A stretch of 64,000 nucleotides of DNA, from positions 186,001-250,000 of the forward strand of contig JAAOMT010000586.1 in assembly GCA_016748015.1 (NCBI GenBank), in the 5' to 3' direction. The position numbers and the translations under genes are program-made. Numbering within the stretch: the first letter of the stretch is position 1; each line of letters opens with the position of its first letter. Under the pieces are notes generated by a model. The model made no database searches. It saw only the letters and a list, made by a program, of their open reading frames with translations, and was not told the DNA's origin. Of the stretch, positions 54,201 to 64,000 are shown in pieces. The DNA is from Geosiphon pyriformis uo1. Lineage: Eukaryota > Fungi > Glomeromycota.

Positions 54201-57200
54201 GTGAGAGAAGTGCTGTTAGTCTTGTCTCACTTATGAAGTGCTGGAACTCCTTGAACAGTGTCAAGGCCTTAGTTGTTCAGGATCTCATTGATTCTGGTGC
54301 AAACTCTAATCATGTTCATTCTGCTCTTTCTGGTATAAGGAAGTTATAATCTCTGGCAACTAAGGAAGTGACCATTAGAACTGCTATAGAAAAGCGGATG
54401 GATAGCTTTGAGACAAATAAAGATCATATTATTAGGAGTGTTCTGGAGCGTCCTTTCCACAAAGTAGTTCTAAACTACCTGGTCATTGATGATAAACTTA
54501 TTTTGGAGCCCAATTTGGTTAAATCTAAGGTAGATATTATTATGGAAAGTTGAACCAAGAAGCATGGTGTGATTGCTAATATCTTTGATGATTGGTTTCA
54601 TTAATATTGGCCTTTAGATTATGTTTTTAATAAAGTCTTTTTTGGTGTAATGTGTTCAGTTGAGTTTAGTGAGCTGATAGATGTGGTTTCTGATCTGTCT
54701 GATAGCAAAGCTATTGGTCTTTTAGGTATCACAAACAAGCTTTGGAAACATTGTGACAAGTCAATTCTGGATATGTTTTTGGTGTTTTTGAACTTTTGTC
54801 TATCTTGCAAGTTAATGCCTGAATCTTAAAAGGAGGCTTAAGTCTTGATGATTCCTAAACTATATGAGAGTGAAGGAGCTTTCACGAATATCTGCCCTAT
54901 TACTTTGATAGAGACAGCTCACAAGATTCTCTCTAATAGGATTTCTTTAGCATGCAGCACTTTCGATGTTCTTCATGAGGACAATTTTTTGGTTTTGAAG
55001 AGTATGATGACTCAGTTTTCTATTTTTACAGTCAGATCAGTGGTTGAGAATGTGTTGGAAAAAAATTGGGAGCTCTGACTGGTTTTGTAGGACATGCAGA
55101 AAGCATATGATTCAGTCAGCTGAGAACATCTCAAGAAAAGTTTGATCAGAATCAAGATGTGCAGCAAATTCATTTAGTTTTTTGGTGGCATTCATAGAGA
55201 TTGTACTAACAGAATAATAACAAATTTTGGGTTGATGGGTGGTTATTGTATACATAATGGTTTGGACCAAGAGAAGGTTTTTTCTCCTCTTTTATGGTGT
55301 ATATTTTATGATTTTCTGTTATGTGAAGTCAAGAGACATGAAAGCATATGTAGTTATAGATTAAGTTCTTATTTTATTTCAAGGAATGGTCGTGCTAAGT
55401 TTTAGGCTGGGCTTTCTTCTTTTTTTGCTGCTGGTACTTTTGTCGATAATACAATTTGGGTTGGTAGCAATCAGAATGCTACTTAACACATTCTTAATGT
55501 TGCTAGTGAGTTTTTCCAGATCAATAACATTTCTATTAACAATGATAAAACAGTGGCCATTCTTGTCAACAGCAAGATCAGCAATTTTTCTCTTTTTATT
55601 AGTGGTTTGCTCATCTCTATAGCCAAAAAGGGAGAGTCTTATCAGTATTTAGATATTTTTCTTTCAACTGAGAGTTTTTCAAAGCCTAGTTTGGCTAAGA
55701 CATATTTGGATGTTTGGTTTTTTACCAATCTGGTTTTGAAGAAGACTGTGTTAGATAAGCAGTTCTTGTATTTAGTGTTAGCAGTTCTCCATCCTATTGT
55801 CAGTTATAAAACTCAGTTTAACTTTGTTCTAGTTGGAGTGTATAACAAGTGAGATGTTCTAATTTGTAAAGGCTTGAAGCTTAAGTCTGGTCTGCCTTAG
55901 GATTTTTCTGGTAATATGATATACTATCCTTCATTTTATGGTTTAAAGTTCTTCTGACAAATTCAATCTGAAAGTAAGATTGCTTCACTTGTTAGCTTTA
56001 TGAACTCTGGCAGAGTTTTGGGTCACTTGTTTTCTTACTGGTCACATGACTTGCAAGTTCAGTGTTGGCACCCTGTTTATCTATTGGTCTCTTCTGTTTG
56101 CACTTGTATCAACATCTCTAATAATTTTCTGGCAGATATGATTCATATTCTTCTTGATTGTAGTTTATCTCTGAGTGGCCCTTTGGTCAATTCTTTTTGG
56201 TTTCATAATGGGATGCCCATGTTGGTTGTTCTGAGTAAGCCAAAATTTGTCAAGTTTCTCCCTTCTCTTTGGCAGTATGATATTGCTTTTGTAGATCAAC
56301 TTCATGATCATTATGGTGCTGTTTTTGATTGGTACACCTTTAAGTGATAGAAAAGATTGGATCCCCATGGCCCTGTTCTGGAGTGGTTTAAGCTGTCTGC
56401 TGTATTTCTCAATGATACAATCTTATCTTTGACTCATTCCTTAAATGTGTGTGGTAGTAGTTCTTAGGACATTCTTGGGTCTAATGACTTTGTGTCTGTT
56501 TGTGATTGTCTTTCATGAGTTGATACTAGTATTTTGTCTGTATATACAGATGGATCCTTGAAAAATTTGGGCACAGCTGGCTGTAGAGTTGGTGCTGCTG
56601 CCTTTTTTGGAGACATTGGTCTGGGGTTGGGTGTTGGTATATTAAGTTTAATGTCTTCTACTCTGGCTGAATTGCAAGCTATTGCATTGGCTCTGGAATG
56701 TGTTCCATTATCTAGTTCTGTTTATCTCTTTTCAGATAGTTAATTTGGTTTGAATACATACAAGTTGAAACTAAGTTTGGTGTGTTCTGACTTTTATAAT
56801 CAGTATTGGATTGAGTGTTGACATATCATTAATGTTATTTGTGGTAAGAATTTGAGGGTTAGTTGGCATAAAGTGAAAGACCACTCTGGTGTTTTGGAGA
56901 ATGAGTGTGCCAACATAATTGTTGGTGCCACTTTTCTTTCAGGTTAGTGTTTTTCTTCTTGTTTAAATAAACATTTTATTGTGGCTGATTATGGTATAGT
57001 TTCTGGCAATTCTAGACACTTTGTTCGTGATATCTATCATTTCATCTGTTATGTACATTGGGAGGTTGGTTCTGGCTCAAGGTTCTTGGAGGATGGTTTG
57101 CATTCTAATGTTGACTGAGTTCACTCCTCATTGGTGTGATATCTTGATTTGCACATGGCTACTGGTTTTACCAGCCGATTTTTGGCTAATCCATGCACAT

Positions 57201-57954
57201 ACTTCATAAAAGCTTTACATTATCACTTGCCTATTGCCATTTGGAAGCATCTTTATAGTAGACTTTATCCCAGTGTGTTGTGCTTGTATTGTGGTGATGT
57301 GGAGGTGTCTGATCATGCATTTTCTTATAAGATTAACAAGTCTGCCCACCATTGGTTATTGAACTTCCACATGGATTCTTGGAAGGCACTTTCTGGCTTT
57401 GCTCTTTCTTTTTCAAGTGTGTTGCAGCTGTTCTCATTCTGTACTTCTGGTTTTTTTGTGTCTACAGCTCTTTTCAAGGGGTTTGTTTTTGATAGTTGGT
57501 TCTGTGAAGCTGTTTCTGTTTTTCGTAATTCCAAAGTTGCTGGTATAAAGATTGTTAAATTTGTGCACTCTCTCAATATGGCTTTTAGAGATAATATCTG
57601 GTTGGTTCATGCTAAGCATCATGCCTATATGGAAAGAAATAGTTTAATTCTTTTTAATGGTTTGGTGCTTGTCTTAGTTTCTGGTTTGGCTTTGGGGTTT
57701 TCTGCTGGTGTGTTAAAACTGCTTGGTATCACTGATGCTTTTAGTATATGTTTTGGTTTTCGCAAACCTTGTTTGTTTTTTTCAGATATTAATAGCTTAG
57801 TATCAGTTCATATAGTTGTATAGTGTTGTTCTGATCAGTCTGAATGGCTGGTTACGTGTAGAAAGTGCATAATTCACACCTAGTTTAGATCATTTCTTTA
57901 ATATATAGTACTAGGCTGTATTTGAACCTTATTTGTAAAATACATAAAAAAAAA
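51237..57954 (+). mobile_element. Second near full-length LINE of the same family (diverged subfamily); degenerate
   Basis: Same architecture. ORF1 ends at 53171 (CTKCEKLGHIFLSC). ORF2 53168-57823 (WKVATCNV, FVDNTIW, VYTDGSL, CLYCGDVEVSDH). A-tail at 57946-57954. Confidence 0.95.
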
Positions 57955-59224
57955 TATATATTATATTAAACTTATAATTTTTTTTTTAAGTTATAAAAAC
58001 TGTTTTTAGTTAAGTTTTAAGATTTATAATTATTTGTTAATATTTGTTTTTTAAGTCTAATGTTAAAAAATATTTAGATTTGTCAAAAATATTTAACATA
58101 TTATTAATTTATGATAAAAAATAGGTATTTTTAATAATAAAAGTTGTATTAAACTTTAAAAATAAATATTTAATGATTTTTATTAAATTTAAAATTTTTT
58201 GTGATAGTTTTTTTAAAAAATATTATTATTTATAATTTTAATTTTTAAATAATTAATTAATATAATAAAATAAATATTAAAATTATAAATTATAATATTA
58301 AATTCTTTAATTTTTTAGGTAAATAAATATTAAAAATTAAAATTTTATGTTTTTATATATTTGTTCTTTAAATTTAAAAATTTATTAAGTAGTAATAAGT
58401 CTTAAACAAATATATATTTTTAATATTTTCTAAAAAATAAAATTGTAATTTTTTTTAGTAGTTTAAAAATCTGGTAAAATTATTTTGTAAGTTAAAAACT
58501 ATATTTATTGAAATTATAAATTATTTAATTAAGCCAAAATTTTAAATTTTTTTGTTATTTTTGTTTAATTTTTCTTAATTTTGAATTAATTACAAATTCG
58601 AAATTTGATTAAATGTAAATAAATAACTTAAATAAATTTTTTAATATGTTCAATTTAAATAGTTTATTAGTTTTATTTTAAAGCATATTTATAATAATTC
58701 TAATCTATTTAGTATCAATAATTTTTTTTAATATTAATTTTTTTGTTTGCCAATAACAATTAAAAAGTAATTTGTATTATTGTTTTTGTAAAATTCTAAA
58801 ACCAATTTGTAAATTAATATTAATTAAAAATTTTGGTTATAAAACCAAAATATCTTTTTTTAAATATTATAAATTATATTTAGGATTAATTTTATATGTT
58901 TTTTTTTGTTTAATTCTCTGTTTATTGTTATTAAAGTATTTAAATTATATGATAAATTGATTTTTAATAAAGTAAATTAGAATAATTAGAATTTTTTTTC
59001 TGGTTTGGGTTTTTTAAATTTAATTTTGTATTTATTTTTTTTAATAAGTTTTAATATATATTTAATATATTTAGCTTTTTTTAACTGCTTAATATCTTTT
59101 AAGTTTTTTATTAATAAAAATTATTATTAATTTATAAATTATTTTAGCATTATAAAAATAATAATATAATTTATTCAAAACATTGTTGTATATTACTTAA
59201 AAAAAAGTTTATTTTTTTATTTTT

Positions 59225-61838
59225 AAAACTTCTTTTTCTCCTTCATTTTAAATTCCTAAAAAAGAGTCAAAAGTTTTTTCTGAAAGAAGTTTTTTACAAT
59301 TCAGTATGATAGGTCTAAATCTTTTTTTGATTTCAAGGCCATGGTTGGCTCTAGTATTACTATCATGAAAAAGATTGTTAAAAATTTTGGCTCTGGTAGG
59401 GGTTTCAAATCTGTTTTACTGAGGAAAAAGAAGAAAAGTGGTGCTTTGGAGAAAAATGTTGGAAACAAAAAGAGTTTTGTTAAGGAGCTAAGTAGTTACT
59501 CGTGGGGTTCTGAGACTGGTAATACCACCAAGTCTGATAGTATTGACATAGAAAAGGAATGTTTGGTTGAGAAAACTAGCTTTGACTATAGTGAGAATGG
59601 AATTTTTGCTGATAGAAATCCCAATCAGACACCTAAAGAAGGTATTAAAACTAAGAAGGCATTAAGCAAGCCATTAGGGAAAATAAATTTCGCAAATTAT
59701 GGTAATATGGATGATGTTCTGTCAGATGGTTCTTTGAAACTTATCTCTCCTTTAAAAAATTTGGTTAATATCTCTGTTCGGAAATCATTTGCTTTGGACA
59801 TTGGATTGGATAAAGTGGCTGGGAAATCCTCTCAAGAAAACTTTTTCAGGTGTAAATGGTTTTGGGGGGGGCTTTTACTTTCTTAAAATTTGATGGAATC
59901 ATCCATGCAACTTTCACTTCAGAAGCAGCAATGATGGCTGTGGCTAGATTAGCAAATGATTGTGGTATTGTGATAAACACCAATCTTAAATGCCCTGGTA
60001 GCAATCATATGAATTAGGCAATTGTGCTGAAAGAAATTCCAGTGGAAACATCTGTAGAGGCTGTGCACACAGCTATGTCCAAATTTGGAATAATTAAGAT
60101 GATTAAAATGCAACTGGTAGGTTTGTGGCAGAAAGTGATCATCAAATTGAAAGATCAAAATCAGGCTGATCTGTTAGCTGCAAATAGTCCATCCTAATTG
60201 GGAAAGATGCGGTACAAGTGGCCAGAGCTGACATCAACAAATATTTGTGAGATGTCTGAGATAGTTTTAGAGCTTTGCTGTATACTCTCCTCATAAGAAC
60301 TATTGCTCATGATTTGTGAAATTTTATTGGTTCTGTTGGTAGGAAGACCTGCTTTATTGATCATAATTCTGTCAGTTATTTTTGTGCCCACTGTGTCACT
60401 ATGTGCTTTGACTCTGAGTTGGATTTGGTTGGTGCTATAACAGCAATCTCAGTTATAAAAGGCGTTGGTCTCTACTGGTCTTATTTTTCTTAGGCTTCAT
60501 GTGCGGTTTGCAAAGATTTTGGTCATATGTCTCTTAGTTGTCATTCAGTTAAGGATGCTGTGGTTCCAGGTGGCAGAAAAGCTCTCTTTTCGGCTCAAGA
60601 CCAGTTTAAGTTGGCTAGGATTTATGTGAAAAAGTCTGTGCCTATTTCCTGTTCTTTGGCTTTCAGTAGTAAAACTTGGATATCAGTAGTTGGTGCTCCT
60701 CTTGTGAACACTTTTCATAATACTGGTATGTCTCTTGGTTTCAATAAAATTGGTGAACTCCTTTTTTCAGTTGTAGACAACTTGGAATTATGTCTGGTTA
60801 GAATTAAAAGCAGTCTTGTCAGTCTTACAGAACATATTAGTGAGTTGGCTAAGAAGTTAAAGTCACTCATGCTGGCAGTTTTCTAGCTTAGCCCTGGATG
60901 TTAACTGCCAGTGGCTCTCCCATCACAGAATCAAAAAAAGGATATAGTGATGGGAGTAAGTTCAGATGAAGTCATTGGTAACAAAACTGATTCAATTGTG
61001 GACTTGCCAGCTTTCTTTCATATTGTCAAACTAGAAAATATGCTAGAAGACCTCTTCAAATCTGTGTTGAGCTTGTCTGCTTGCTTTGATAGTTTGGCTT
61101 TGGCTGGTGGTGCCACTTTCCTAAATTCTTCTTAATGAGTGGTCTCATGTGGAGGGTTGCTATATGCAATATTAGAGGTATAAACATTTCTGCAAAACAG
61201 GATAATATTGTTTGATGGCATAAAGATATAAACAATTTGGTTTCGATTTTTACAGAAACAAAGTTAAGAAATAAGGCTCACCCTTGGTTGGTTGACAAAT
61301 TTGATGATGTTTGCATGTTTTCTTCTGGTTTGAACTCTGGCTATATGGGTGCTGGTGTCGCAATTGTTATAAACAGATCCTTGGCTAAGCATGTATATAA
61401 AATTTCTGAGGTCTTAAGTCATCTTCTTTGTATTAGGTTACTTTTCAAGAATAAACTTTTAGTTTCAATTCTGGGGCTGTATGCTCATGCCTCCTTGGCT
61501 ACTCAATTTTCCCAGGCTAATGAGATCAATTCTTTGATTGTGAAGGCCATGAATGAATCTTCTTTTGTCATTCTTGGTGGTAATTTCAACGAAAATGGTT
61601 CTTATAAGTGCATTAGTTTTAAAAAGTGCCATGATTTAGGTTTGATTAATTCTTTGGATGGGAGTTTCTTTGCTAAGGTGCTGACTTGGAGCAATTCTTG
61701 GAGTGTTGCAAAGACAATTGATTATGTGTTTGTTTCCTCAAATCTGGTGAATGCAATAATACAGCATGATGTTTTCATTGTCAGTAAATATTTTGATATA
61801 GATTACAAAGCTGTTTCTGTGTCTTTGGGTTTGGGTGG
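59225..61838 (+). mobile_element. Third LINE copy (5' end, ORF1, APE domain), interrupted by a Gypsy element
   Basis: Same 5' end AAAACTTCTTTTTC. ORF1 CAVCKDFGHMSLSC. APE domain at 61135-61838 cut at the LTR start. Confidence 0.92.
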
Positions 61839-64000
61839 TGTTACAGATAATTCTTTGGGGTGTCAAGTGAATAACAAACCCGTAACTTGGTGCTCAAAGC
61901 AATGGGTAATGATAATAATCTGAAGGTATTTTATCTGAAGGTTTTCCAATTGAGTTTTTTGTATAATGGACAGAGATTCAATAGTAACTGTTTATTAGTA
62001 GTTTCCTGAAACCATAGTTTCATCAATTGCTTGCTCAGCTTAATGGTTGATGATTCTCCTGGTATGATATCCTCTATAAGTGTATACCAGTGCTGTTTTC
62101 TGACATCAGTTCCTCCATAAGTCTTCCAAGAATAAGTATTGTTTAAGCAAGTTTATTTCTCCATAAGTTCTCCAAGAGTAAGTATTGTTTGAGTAAGTTT
62201 TATTTCTCTGTAAGTCCTCCAGGAGTAAATCCTTTAATCAAGTTAGTAAACAACAAAGAAAATAAATAAAAAATAAAATAAAAAATAAAAAATAAGCCAA
62301 AACAATTTACAAGTTAGTATTCTGTCAATAGCCATGATCAAGAGCTATTGTTTCAATATGGTTAAGTATCAGTTACTATCAACATGAAGTGTTGATAGTA
62401 AAAAATAAATTTGATATAATGAATAATTATTTATTTGAAGATTGTGGTAACTAAGCTAAAGATTCTTGGTGTCGATTCTCTTTTTTTCTGCTTCTAATAT
62501 TACTGCTATATATACATATTTAAGATTCCTCAATTCTTTAATTCCTTGCAACAGGAATCCTGGAATTTCTGGAATCCTGCGATTCCTGATGAGAGGAATC
62601 CTGGAATTCTAGAATTCTACAATTCCTCACCAGAGAATTCTGAAATTCTTGGAATCCTGCAATTCCTCTGAGAAAAATCCTGGAATTCTATATTTACTAC
62701 ATCTACTTCTGATTGGCTAATATCTACTTGCTAATAATAATATACTTCTTATATTCTATGAGTAACATTATTCCCTCCTTTTAATATTGAGCTCTGTCAA
62801 AATCTAACTCTTTTAATTTCCTCTCTTGAATTATTTCTTGAACTTCTTTTTTGAGTATTACTTGTGTTATTTGAGTTTGTAGTTTTTCAAATTGGGTGTT
62901 GGTCATTTTTCCCAATTGATTACTCATAACTGTATCTATTGCTGTATTGAATAAGATTTCTGGTCAGTCTTGAAATCCTATATATAGCCGGTAAATGGCT
63001 TGAGCTTGTGTGATTAGATTGTTTTTTCCCACAAATTATTCCAGTTGTCTCAGTATTGTTGTGTCGAATAACCATTTTGTTTTGTCAGTGTACAAATTCT
63101 GGATATTTAGTTGTTGTCCCAAGTGAAAATAACAATAGTTTTTCAGAAATTGTTGCATCCACCAAGTTCAAGTTTCTTCAGTAAGTTTTTGGTATAATCT
63201 GACTATTCGTTGTTCTTTCATGGCCAATTTTACCTTGGTCATGATCTTGTCAACAACATTTTCAAGTTTTCTCTGTACTTTGTGTTGTGGTATCCTTGCA
63301 GTACTTTTGTATCAAATGGTTTGTTAATTGATTGTAATTTCTATCTTCTGGTGTTGGATTAATTGAAAGATTTATTGTGCTAATAAATAGATGTTGTCAG
63401 TAATTTCCATTTTTCTGCATTTTTCTATTGTGTTGACCATGCCTTTATATATTCTTTCTGTCAATCAATTGAATGTGTTGTTATCAATGATGATGATTGG
63501 TTCCAGATCTTGTGGAATCTCATCTGGTTGGACTAGTATTTTTTGTACTCCTAGTTGTGGAATATTACTGGTGGATGATGATGCTATATGATGGTATGGT
63601 TTCAGTTGATCTCCATGTATTGCTTTGGTCAAAATTTTGTTATTCAATCTTAATTTGTAAGCTTTATTTCCTAGAATTTCTTCTATGTGAAATGGTCCGT
63701 CCCATTTGGGATCAAATTTTCCACTTTGGTACAATATAGTAATACTTTGTTTCCAATCTTGAATTCAACTGGTTTATCTGGTAATTGGTTATCATGTCTT
63801 TCTTTTTGTTTCTCTTGTGACCTTTGTATGTTATCAGCTGCTCTCCATCATTTGTTTTCTAATGTTTTCATTAAGTTATATGTTCTTCTTAACAATGTGT
63901 TTTTGAAATTCTCTTTTGTTATTGGTTTGGTTGGATATGTGCTAACTTCTATTTCCACTGGTAGTGTTGCTGTTTTACTATATACTAATTCAAATGGTGT
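61839..64000 (-). mobile_element. Gypsy type A element, 3' part (integrase C-terminus, ORF3, PPT, 3' LTR 61839-62767)
   Basis: LTR TGTTAC...GTAACA. PPT AAAAGGAGGGAA at 62771-62782. Integrase GKFDPKWDGPFHIEEILGNKAYKL. Confidence 0.93.
62781..63440 (-). pseudogene. Extra ORF3 of Gypsy element (219 codons, several premature stops)
   Basis: Single frame MVNTIEK..ITDNIYLL..EITIN..NYCYFHLGQQLNIQNLY..IYRLY..TNTQFEKLQ..LDFDRAQY*. Homologous to 1444-2154. Confidence 0.8.

Noticed and set aside
44148-57622. Many minus-strand ORFs overlapping the LINEs
   Set aside because: Antisense shadows of LINE ORF1/ORF2 with no motifs and no conserved boundaries between copies.
45861-57823. Alternative genetic code (TGA=Trp) explaining stops in the LINE ORFs
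   Set aside because: Stops include TAG and TAA, differ between copies and match transition damage. Host genes use TGA as a stop.
62110-62230. CRISPR-like appearance of short repeats here and in the LTR arrays
   Set aside because: These are tandem units without unique spacers, inside LTRs of a eukaryotic genome, with no cas genes.

Overview
AT-rich eukaryotic DNA, most likely from an early-diverging fungus. Glomeromycotina/Mucoromycota is an inference from the intron-dense genes, a WxSGN-type kinase and the retroelement families. A compact ~10 kb gene island (22.0-32.0 kb) holds four intact spliced genes: TAD2 (+, missed by the ORF track), YME2 (-), DBP4 (+) and calmodulin (-). It sits among nested, C>T/G>A-eroded retroelements. 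There are Ty3/Gypsy elements with three different LTR types (A, B, C), including a full-length element at 7088-15541 with a GTAT target duplication and solo LTRs with ATGT and GCAT duplications. There are also six copies or fragments of an RNase H-bearing LINE, all on the + strand. A kinase pseudogene, a CpG-rich orphan fragment and an assembly gap with a duplicated flank are also present. Most notable observations: (1) a conserved, non-env third ORF between integrase and the polypurine tract in the Gypsy elements; (2) a dUTPase remnant visible only after removing a nested element; (3) a covarying 3'-UTR stem-loop and an ATGA stop-start junction in the LINE; (4) repeat-restricted, RIP-like transition hypermutation. 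All calls come from reading and hand-aligning the sequence; no searches were run.
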